The notes beneath the pieces were generated by a model. That model made no database searches, was not told the DNA's origin, and saw only the letters and a list, made by a program, of their open reading frames with translations. Made by a program: the position numbers and the translations under genes. A stretch of DNA of 64,000 bases from Azolla caroliniana (Eukaryota; Plantae; Polypodiophyta): assembly GCA_043228905.1 (NCBI GenBank), contig JBHGNT010000005.1:7192001-7256000 (forward strand), given 5' to 3'. Below, one piece after another: positions 41,640 through 51,329 of this stretch (the stretch's first letter is position 1; each line of letters opens with the position of its first letter).

Positions 41640-41825
41640 ACCTTACCCTAGTGGTAAGTTGTTTGCACTACAAGCACTGCTGGGTTTGAAACCCAACTTC
41701 CTCACCTCTCTATTATATACTTCTTATATATCTCTTAATTCACTAGATGCCACCGTGAAATGTAGGGGTTGAACCCATGACCACCCGATCTCCATTGGGC
41801 AACCTTACCATCTGAGCTACACCCA
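41640..41825. mobile_element. tRNA-derived SINE-like repeat with two convergent A/B-box heads
   Basis: Plus head: taccctagtggtaa (A box) ... gggtttgaaaccc (B box). Minus head from ~41825: gggtgtagctcagatggta (A box) ... gggttcaacccc (B box). A related copy lies at 60530-60660(-). Confidence 0.6.
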
Positions 41826-44352
41826 TACTTTTTTCTTTTAAGAGTTTGAAAGAACTTGTTGTGTTTCATTGTCAAATTTTGAATCCTACGTAGAGAAAGA
41901 ATACCAATATGTTTACTTTTTAGCCGAAGGGCAAGTTGCAATAAATACCTTATCACTATATCAAAGTATATATCACATATGCAATTATTAAAAGAAGCAC
42001 GAGAATTGAGGTAGCTTTGATGGAAAATGAACATGGACGTAAGAGCCAACCAAGGTTGATGTTATGATAAAGATGAGATTTTGAAAGAAATTATCAACCG
42101 GAAACATAATGACAAATAAATTGTTTTGTTTGGATGTGGGAAGATACCATTACCCATCGAAACAGTTTTTTTAAATTTGGTTTTTTGTTTGGGTTGATGA
42201 TTCGCATGAAAAGGAGGAGAGCATACTACATAGAAAAATTGTAAAGAAACAACAAGGTTGAATGAAGCATCTTCACTTGAAGATTGCATGGTCGGTGCAC
42301 TTTGATAGATTATTTGGCACACAAAGAAAAAACCTAAACATAGAAAGAAGCTAAGCATTATTGTGGCATTTAGACGATGAAATGCTATAAAGATCATAAT
42401 TGTTGAATAATGCACATTTGTCAAAAAATTAATGAGCTCATTTGCAATATTTTTTAATAGGCAAATTCCTATGTCATGACATTGTTCACAATCGAGAACT
42501 TTTAACTACATTTCATTTGACACACTCTAATGTGCTTCACAAAGTTCTATTATTTGAAAATGGCATAGACGAACACCCTTAGCCATCTAAAACTATATTA
42601 TGGTTGCATTGGCATGTAATGAAATCAGCTTGAGTCAAGAAATAAGTTCTTTTGAACACTGCACATTATACTAGGAGCTCATTTTGCATATATGTCCTAA
42701 AATTAATAATGAATCACATGCATTTTATTTGATAATCACCTATTTGGATGCACAAAGAATTGATGTAGGCATAAAACATGATGAGATAAAAGGAGGTGAT
42801 ATTGTGATTGGAATTGAAGGTGCGCTTATTGTCGATGTGGTTTTAGGTCATGGCAAGTGCAACCTTACAAACATTGGAGTAAAAGGGCGAATGCACAAGC
42901 TCAATGGAAACATATGCAAGTGGTGTCCTAGTGGTAAGCCATGTACTGTTTCATTTGGATTGAAAACCTTACTTTTGTAATCAGCTTAAATACCTTGTTT
43001 TTATTACACCACCATGGGATGTGGATCATCTATGTTTGGCTTTGCCGGCATATGAAAGCTTTAAATATCATACATGAACATGGTTGCTATAGAGTTGTGA
43101 CAAACTTTAAGTATCCCCATTCTCCATTTTTTGTTAATTTTAGATGGCAACAACATGCTTCCCTCTTGCATCTCCAAATTGTCACTATATCCTCCATATT
43201 TCTTGAGCACCACAACAAAGAGGATAGTTTGCAGCCATATCCTCTCTTATATATTTTTTACATTATTGATGCATCCATATCATATGACTCCCTACATCGC
43301 TTGTCAAATGAGACTTGGTGATACTAAGAATCAGCTACTTTGCAAAGCCAAGTATTCTTCAGATATTATATTGCAGTTTAAGTAGAACATGGCCTGATCA
43401 GCTGCAAGGAAAATTATTCTTGTAAAATCTGGTATGTTTTATTAGTCTTGTGAAAAACAATAAAAGAGTGAAAAACAAAGACAATGATATGAACATTTTT
43501 AATGAAATAAGATAATGTGCCTTATTAATCAGTAAATCATCCAACCCATCTTAATAGATGTATATAGCAAATAAGACATTCAGAGATATTATTGAAAGAA
43601 GGATTGTACAATGTAGCATTCAATTCATAGAGCATTAGGCTGATAAGATAAAATGACAACTTGACTGATGATAAATGGTGTGGCTAACATCTGGGGAGCT
43701 TTTGATATTGCTTTTCTGGAAATTTGGTGGGCTCCAAAGCCAAGAAATATGCAAATGCAGGAAATACTTTCAGAAATGCCCAACAAAAGATGAAAAAAGA
43801 GAGCAGCAAAACTGGAGGAAAGATAACAAGAATAGCTCACCTAGTAAGCTCTCCTAAAAATAATATAGCATTAATCCAGTACTACATAAGAATAAACATC
43901 TGCATAATAGGCAAAGCATAGCAAATCCTTAATATTCATAACTTGATTTACAAGTAAAAACTGGAGATATTGCACATACCACTTCACTTCTTTCATACAC
44001 CAGTAATGATAAGTGGTTAGGGATACATTTTTCGAGCATGCACTGATTAAGAACTTCTATGTTTTATTCGCACATCATTGTTAAAAAAACTGCTCATATT
44101 CACATGACAAAAGACGATATACTGTAGCAATCATAGTACTTGAGAAACTAATTCTACAATAGAGCTGACAGAGTAAAGGCTAAACTAAACATCCATCATA
44201 TAGATTTATGTACTTGACAAAGAGCAGCTGTAGCTCAAAATATGACCTCGGGATTTTTACAAATCTATATTGGAAACACAAATAAAATATTTGACTTTTT
44301 CAGTCATTGTGAATGTTGCTTATATCACTCCGGACAACATCTTCATTCTTCT

Positions 44353-47300
44353 TTAAGACTTGTTGACAGAAACTTCAGTCCCTTCTTTGGCTTCTGAAAG
44401 CTTCGCTTTTTTGGATTTGAAGTCCTTCACAGCAGCCTTTATAGCATCCTCGGCCAGCATAGAGCAGTGAAGCTTCACCGGTGGGAGAGACAAATGTTTG
44501 GCAATGTCACTGTTATAAACAAAGAGGTTTTTGTTTCTTACTGTAGGTGTTTATCTTATAATTACAGCTATGTAAGCTTATTACAAACCAAGACACAAAA
44601 AATATAGAGTCAATGCTACATACATCCACAACAGCCCCATTGACCATGTTTACTGACGTCATGCTATTGTGAAAAAGTTGCATTTCAAAACCAATAAAAA
44701 AAAGCATCACGTGATTTTGTTTGCACTATTTAGGAGCCTTCAGATAACTAGAAAAAAGAATTGTTAGTTTCGGAAGAGAATAACATTCTAGTCTATCACT
44801 GTTTAGGAGAAGGATCTCCTCTAGTTTATAACATTTTTGATAACTAGACACAATAATTGCTAGTGTGAGAACAGTACTATATCTATCACCCTTGCGAAAC
44901 TAACTCAAAATAGCTTGAAAGAAGACGACTGTTAGTCTCTGGACAAAAGGAATACTACCTCACTTGGCAGTTTCTTAGTCACCTGGAGTAAGTCAGCTAA
45001 AATGGCACACGAACTAGGAATGGCTTGTTAAAAAGGACAGGGGTACTAGTTTAAGATATCAAACAGAGCAGACAAACCATTGGTTTCACGATGAAGTAAA
45101 TAAGGTGACCTTGAAAGAAAATACACGAACACAATCATTAGTAGGTATGTTTTGTGAGGCACAAAAGAGTAAGCAATGCTAACAAACTATTTCAAGCGAA
45201 TGCATATAGTAGATCAGCTAGAAAGGAAATGGATGCAGGAGTATACCCAATTCACAATGAACCACTGCAACGAAGGCTTTGGTAAAAATAAAGGTGATCA
45301 AAGCATAATAATGTCATCATATCCTAAAACATCTTGTATGCATTTTATTGATTCTTTTCGTCTCCGTCCTCACATATTTGAGACCACAACAAAAGACGTA
45401 GTGTAGTGCCTTGTAAGTTTGTACTTAATGCAGTGGACGTATCAACTTGAAATAGAATAATACTATTTGTTCTAATGGAAGAACTAACAGAACACTAGCA
45501 TACCAAAGTATTAATTCAACAGGAAAAGATGCATGTGTCTCCTTCAATGTGCTATTAAACAAGATTTGGCACAATAACTATCAGGATTGATTCACCTTTG
45601 AGGTCAAGAGAAGACCTGAAAGTTTTCAAATCACAGCCACTTGGTCTAATTTGTAACATGAAGCTCCAGAAACAACAGGGAAACCTCAGTGAATTGTAAA
45701 AGCATCAACTTCAAAAAGTCAACATACAGGAAGTTATATAGAATTGAGGAGTAAAAGGAGGTAGGAAAATTTGTTGATACTTTGGCTAGGAAAGTACAAA
45801 TGGATGAAAAGGTGTAAACCTTGCCTCTCATGGACGATTGAGCTACGTACCAAAAATAGACCCCACTAGGTAATCGACTGAGTTGAAGCCAGTTTGGCTA
45901 CAGAACCAACCAATAGATGATGAAATGAAGTGTTAGGTTTTGTGAATGGTCGAATGTTCAAAGCTATGAATGAGAATTTTGAGCCCAGAGATAATCAGCA
46001 AATAATACTAATTATACTGTTAGTATCCCATGGGCTAATTGATGAATAGAAAGATTTACACTACAGGCCAATTGAGCCCAGAGATAATCAGCAAATAATA
46101 CTAATTATACTGTTAGTATCCCATGGGCTAATTGATGAATAGAAAGATTTACACTACAGGCCCAAAATATAGTGAATTTTCATAGTAGTGCCTCATAATT
46201 TAGAATACACCAGGCTGACCCACAACAAGGGCTTTTGAGGCGCTAAAATATTGGTGGAATACATTTGAATGAATAAAGATGCTAATTTCCCACACTCTGT
46301 TGAACGACTGTCAGAATCATAGCAATTTTGTCTATTTGATCAATGTGATTTAACGACATTATGGTTCTGTAGATTTGTCTCTTTAAGTATGTGTAACTAG
46401 CAAAATATAGAAACTCCTAGAGCCAGAGAGAAGCCCCAGTGTTATTTTTAAATAATATCTAGAGAGGGGAGGCATCCTACCAACCTCCAGTGTTGTTTCC
46501 TATCAGGGAGTTCTAAGGGAGGACATAACTAACTATTTATACAATGAAAATAGACCATAATGATGTATTATTCCAACACCAATGATTTTTGTGTTTAATT
46601 AAAATTAGAGGAGAGCATTATCCTAAATCACATACAGCAGCCTCTCTAACATACAAAAAAGACATGACAGCAAGAAAAATACCTGTTTTTTATGGTGATG
46701 ACTTCTTCCATAGGTTTTCCTTTAATCCATTCAGTAGCTAAAAGGAGAGAGAGAAAAAAACCTTAGAACTAGACTCCTTTACTAACAAAACAAAGACAAA
46801 CAAAATAAATGTAAACATTCCTTATGACAAACAGTTGTTACAAAAACTAGATACAAAATTTCTGGTAGAGAAACAAAAGAGATTGATTCTCAAAAGAAAC
46901 AAATGTGAACACTTGGTAGATGATAAACAATACGTAGAAGATAAGCAAGCGACCAGAGCCAGGAAATAAGGCGCTGCAGCAAGACTCAGAACAAAACAAG
47001 CAGAAACAATCCTTTGAAAGAAGAAAAAGACAAAGAAAGTGAGAAGGTGAATATGAATAGAAACTATGGTTAGAAGGAGAGCATCGCAAACAATCCTCAA
47101 ATGCGGACAAGAAAATAGTTCCTGGAACTAGATAAAGGCAAACAATATTTACAAATATAAATGTGAAACACACTTCAGAAACAAGGCAGTGAATACTTCA
47201 AAGGAAACAGAAACAAAGACAATAATAATAAAAACTATCCTGAGAAACAACAATAAATCGCAGTAACTTTGGAAGAAAACAAAGGCAAACAATTCTCTGA

Positions 47301-47850
47301 AGGTAACAAAAGCGAATGCAAGAAATTCTCGGAAGAAAAAGAGGGTCATTCAGTACTAAAAAAAAAGGATTTTTTGGGGGAGTAAACGACAGAAGTGGAT
47401 CCTTATAAGGATACAAAAAACAAACGGAGAAATATCAAAAGGAACAGCGAGAGAAAGAAAGAAAAAGGAGAAGGAACCACAAATCTGAATTTTAAAAGAG
47501 AAAAAAGAATTAAAGAACATACCAACCGAGGATGAAGCTATGGCGGAACCACAGCCAAAGGTCTTGAAGCAAGAATCGACGATCTTCCCTGTCTCGGGGT
47601 CGACTTTGATCTGAAGCTTCATGACATCCCCGCAGGCAGGAGCCCCGACAAGGCCTGTGCCAACGTTGGGGTCGTTCTTATCGAAGGATCCGACGTTCCG
47701 GGGGTTGTTGTAGTGATCGACGACGTTCTCATGGTAGGAAGCACGGGCGATGGCGAGAGCGGGAGCCGCGAGGGGTGATCTATGGAGGGGAGAATCAGAG
47801 GCGGCGGAGACGAAGAAGGATCTGGCGGCGGCGAGAGTGCCACGACGCAT
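44353..47850 (-). CDS. ISU1: Mitochondrial iron-sulfur cluster scaffold ISU/IscU, 179 aa, 3 exons
   Basis: Exons 47850-47523, 46737-46683 and 44509-44353. An Arg/Ser/Ala-rich presequence precedes YHENVVDHYNNPRNVG, GAPACGDVMKLQI, FKTFGCGSAIASSS and LSLPPVKLHCSMLAEDAIKAA; all three Cys and the LPPVK motif are present. Confidence 0.97.
45979..46162. repeat. Perfect ~93-bp tandem duplication in ISU intron 2
   Basis: ttgagcccagagataatc...tacactacaggcc occurs at 45979 and 46072 with no mismatch seen. Confidence 0.95.
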
Positions 47851-49022
47851 GGCGTTCTGCGCTGCTCCTGGCTCTGCACAGAGAAAAACAGGGGAGAAAG
47901 GAAGGAATTACACTGGACGAAGAAGAAGAAGAAAGAAAGAAAGAAGAAGATGATGAAGAAGAAGACAGAAGAACCCTACCCTTTCAAACCGACCTTCTTA
48001 AATGGGATGGCCAACATATATATACATACATATATATATGTATGTATGTATGTATATGTCCATATGTCTGTCCATCTATCTATGTATCTATATATGTCCA
48101 TATGCCTATATCTATCTATCTATCTATCTATCTATCTAAATTTGTCCTTCTGTCAATGTGTCTTGTCTTTATGTTGTCGTGCAGTGCCGTGGTTTTGCAC
48201 TCGTCTATCCGCCCACTATACCTATACTAGTCGGTACAGTTTCGAGATTTACGGGTAGTCACGATTGTCAAAGCCAACGAAATGGCGATTACTTACCCAT
48301 GGGGGGTTACAAGGACTTTGTGCATGAACTTGAAAGCCTCCTATTCGCCAGTATGAATGTTAACCTGCTTCTACGCTTGATTTGATACTCCTCGGTATAG
48401 ATCATTAATTTCATCAGAGTTTATGTTATCCGTATTTGTGTTAGACACCCCTCCCCCCCTTGGTTTTGGAAAAGAAACGTTATTGGATTTAATAGTAAAA
48501 CCTCTGTAAAATTCTCAGATTTGCTATTAATAATTATATACAAATAGCTTACAAATTGTTCCTCTAATGGGATTGTGCAATATTTCAAGTCGTGGCGTGG
48601 ATCTTTAGCTACTCTACGTCGAACCAGATACTAACTAGCCACGTGATCCCTCAAAAGTTATTGGACCTTTAGTAGCTAATGCCAACCTATTTAATATCCA
48701 ACAGATGGAAGATCATGCATCATTGTTACCTGGGATTGGAATATTTGCATCCTATATCGTGTTGTTTTTTTCGCATTGGAATTGGCACATATAAGACAAC
48801 TTAGTTCATCCATTGGGATGGAATGTACCAAATAGAACAATGGTTGAATTGATTATGCAAAAATAGCGCAATAATTGATTGAGGATCATTTGATCAATAT
48901 TCATGGCTTTCCATGCAATGCTATTCTATTACGATTGATTGGCCTCAACAAAGGACCAAGAATAATTAACTCAAAAATCTTAGTAAACTTTTGGTGCCCT
49001 TGACAATTGTGGAAGGTTGTAT

Positions 49023-49264
49023 TGTGGTGGTCACATGGACCACACCTAGATTAGGCCCCTACCAAGCCCCATGCACCACACATAGACCACACCCAAATTA
49101 GGCCCCTACCAAGTCTCATGCACCACACCCAAACTAGGCCCCCACCAAGCCCCATAATTAGTAGAGCTAATTGGAACGGGAGAACACCCTCCACGCTAAG
49201 AGAGAGTCTATAAAATGTAACTTGAGACATAATGAAAGGGGGCTATTCTTGAGAGCATTTCACA
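49023..49264 (+). repeat. Left LTR (TG...CA), with three U3 subrepeats and a TATA box
   Basis: Starts tgtggtgg and ends tttcaca. ccacacc.a.a.taggcccc.accaag.c.cat occurs three times at 49040-49155; tataaaa is at ~49209. Followed by a 3-nt spacer and a PBS. Confidence 0.9.
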
Positions 49265-49267
49265 TCT

Positions 49268-49283
49268 TGGTGGAGAAGACGGG
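49268..49283 (+). promoter_or_regulatory. Primer-binding site, probably for tRNA-Ala
   Basis: TGGTGGAGAAGACGGG lies 3 nt after the LTR. The first 9 nt are complementary to the ...UCUCCACCA 3' end of eukaryotic tRNA-Ala. Confidence 0.65.
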
Positions 49284-49324
49284 CCAAGCCACCCCAACTC
49301 ACGACCCCAACAACGCCCGCCACG

Positions 49325-50206
49325 ATGCAACACGACAACAATGACGGCAACGCAAACTCGATGAATCCAGAATTCCTACAACACAATCAAGGACACCAGC
49401 CCACATCGCCAATCGACCAACTGGTTCAAGCTCTGTCCAACATCATTTTACAAGTTAACCATACTAACCAAGCCATGTTGTCCTTTCTTTCAGCACGATC
49501 CGAGCCACAACAAAATCTCCCGGACTCTCGAGTTCGCCCAAAACCGTTCTCCGGCCTACCATCGGAAGACGTCCTCTCTTGGCTGGATCATTTCGAAATG
49601 GTGGCCAGTTACCACCAGTGGCCACACCCTCGGAAGGCAATGGAGATGAAGACACTCCTCGAGAATATCGCGGCAACATGGCTTGTACAACAACCCGAAG
49701 AGACACGCAACGACTGGGATCTGTTACGGGCAGCCATGATTCGGAATTTTGCTCATCAAGACTCCCGCCAGACGGCCCTACAACAACTTGAGTCAATTAC
49801 CCAACAACCACGCGAACCCATCACCCAGTTCGCGGTTCGTTTTGTGCAGATCCTACACCGGGCTGACGCCAACATGTCGGAGGACATGAAGTTGTTTTTT
49901 TTCTGGCCGCGTATACGACATGACCTCCGCCGCCGTGTACGCGATCAAGGCCCGACGACACTACACGAAGCCATCCTCACTGCCCAACGCATCGAAGCTG
50001 CAGACGCGCACGACATGCACACACCAGGTAATCTCAGTCATGATCATACAAACACTATACCAGCCGTCACTCCCATGGACATCGACATCCAAAACGCGCA
50101 ATTACGTGCCAAGCGTGCATTGCCCGAACGAGACAGCCAGGGACGCCCCAAATGTTTCTACTGCAACAACTATGGCCACATTCGGCGTCACTGCCGAAAG
50201 TGGTAG
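49325..50206 (+). CDS. gag: Ty3/Gypsy Gag (capsid plus CCHC nucleocapsid), 293 aa
   Basis: PKPFSG...WLDHFE...AATWL...WDLLRAAMIRNF...QQPREPITQF capsid motifs, PMDID, and the zinc knuckle CFYCNNYGHIRRHC. The frame stays open past TAG (50204-50206) to TAA at 50273-50275. Confidence 0.9.
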   Translation: MQHDNNDGNANSMNPEFLQHNQGHQPTSPIDQLVQALSNIILQVNHTNQAMLSFLSARSEPQQNLPDSRVRPKPFSGLPSEDVLSWLDHFEMVASYHQWPHPRKAMEMKTLLENIAATWLVQQPEETRNDWDLLRAAMIRNFAHQDSRQTALQQLESITQQPREPITQFAVRFVQILHRADANMSEDMKLFFFWPRIRHDLRRRVRDQGPTTLHEAILTAQRIEAADAHDMHTPGNLSHDHTNTIPAVTPMDIDIQNAQLRAKRALPERDSQGRPKCFYCNNYGHIRRHCRKW

Positions 50207-50269
50207 AATCACCAACAGAAGCAGAACGTCCAATTAGCTGACGCTGCCTCCCTCTCTGAGCTCCCGGAA

Positions 50270-51060
50270 AACTAATGCGCGGGGTGCCGCAGGGAGAGCC
50301 GCCCCCGCACGTCCACGTCTCCACGTCTCCACGTCCTCAACTTCTCCCGTTTCTCCCACGATCGAGCCGCCCCCGCACGTCCACGCCTCCACTTCATCAA
50401 CTTCGCCCGTTTGTACCACAATCGCCCGCCTCCAGCACACGACCCAAGAAGTTCTCCTTGACTCCGGCAGCAACATCTCTTCCATCAGCGCAGATTTAGT
50501 CACCCAATTACAACTTCCCACGAGCCACGCACCGCCCATTAAAATCCTCTTCGGCGACCAACAACGGGTGTACCACTCACATACGCAAGTCAGGTGCATG
50601 CTCACCATTAGTTCTGCCCAGATCCACCATCGTTTCTACGTCCTCCCGCGCCAGTTGTTCCCAATCTCCTTGGGATGTGATTGGTTCCTCCATAGTCGAG
50701 CCTGTCTTGATTTCTCCGCACAACAGCTCATCCTCCCAAATCACATTCCGATCGCGCTCTTCACTACTCCGCAGGATACCACCCACATCAGCAACACACA
50801 GTACCTGATATCACCGGCGGAGCGCATCAACGACATCATACGGCTCCTCGCCACCTTTCCCTCGTTGTCTACACCACCTGTAAAACCTCCCTCGGTCCAT
50901 TTTCCGATTCACCACACGATTCCTACAGGCAACTTATGTCAGGCCATCAAATCACCTCAAGTGGCTCAAGGCCTCTTACATCCGATACAAGTTCAAGCTC
51001 CATTTGAAATCGTCGGATGGGACATTATGGGCCCCTTTCCCGAGTCACAAGGAGGGAAGA
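50270..51060 (+). pseudogene. pol: Deleted pol: aspartic protease fused in frame to an integrase stub; RT and RNase H absent
   Basis: EVLLDSGSNIS (Asp codon at 50460), ISLGCDWF and the pre-RT motif IHHTIPTGN join at ~50933 to LCQAIK...GLLHPI...PFEIVGWDIMGPFPESQGG (end of the HHCC domain and first catalytic D of integrase). An 8-bp duplication near 50320 breaks the frame. Confidence 0.85.
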
Positions 51061-51076
51061 TGTGAAATGCTCAAGA

Positions 51077-51318
51077 TGTGAAATGCTCTCAAGAATAGCC
51101 CCCTTTCATTATGTCTCAAGTTACATTTTATAGACTCTCTCTTAGCGTGGAGGGTGTTCTCCCGCTCCAATTAGCTCTACTAATTATGGGGCTTGGTGGG
51201 GGCCTAGTTTGGGTGTGGTGCATGAGACTTGGTAGGGGCCTAATTTGGGTGTGGTCTATGTGTGGTGCATGGGGCTTGGTAGGAGCCTAATCTAGGTGTG
51301 GTCCATGTGACCACCACA
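51077..51318 (-). repeat. Right LTR copy in inverted orientation
   Basis: Reverse complement of 49023-49264. The match extends 5 nt further (51072-51076, equal to tcttg of the spacer and PBS start). Confidence 0.93.
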
Positions 51319-51329
51319 GTATGGTTCCT

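Larger units (their letters stand above)
49023..51318 (+). mobile_element. Ty3/Gypsy-derived non-autonomous element bounded by inverted 242-bp LTRs, 4-bp TSD GTAT
   Basis: 49023-49264 is the reverse complement of 51077-51318 with 2 mismatches. Flanks read gtat|TGTGG ... CCACA|gtat. The interior holds a PBS, gag, protease and an integrase stub. Confidence 0.92.

Noticed and set aside
41750-41825. Functional tRNA gene
   Set aside because: A and B boxes are present, but the acceptor and anticodon stems do not pair cleanly; treated as a tRNA-derived repeat.
37000-43400. Hidden gene or transposase in the VSR-ISU intergenic region (also 55200-56250)
   Set aside because: Only short ORFs with no motif I can support; probably very old TE debris. 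A profile search would be needed.
1127-47850. U12 (AT-AC) or other non-canonical introns
   Set aside because: All reconstructed coding introns read as GT-AG without the U12 donor consensus.
50204-50206. Programmed stop-codon read-through at the gag TAG
   Set aside because: Read-through gives only 22 more codons and does not reach the protease frame; a C-to-T mutation of CAG is simpler.
51047-51062. Polypurine tract aaggagggaaga before TG
   Set aside because: It is explained as integrase coding sequence (QGG) plus the duplicated junction, and the adjacent LTR is in the wrong orientation for a PPT.
49023-51318. DIRS-type or Penelope element as the explanation for the inverted termini
   Set aside because: No tyrosine recombinase or GIY-YIG motifs. 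The element has an aspartic protease, a DDE integrase stub, a tRNA PBS and a TSD, all Gypsy traits.
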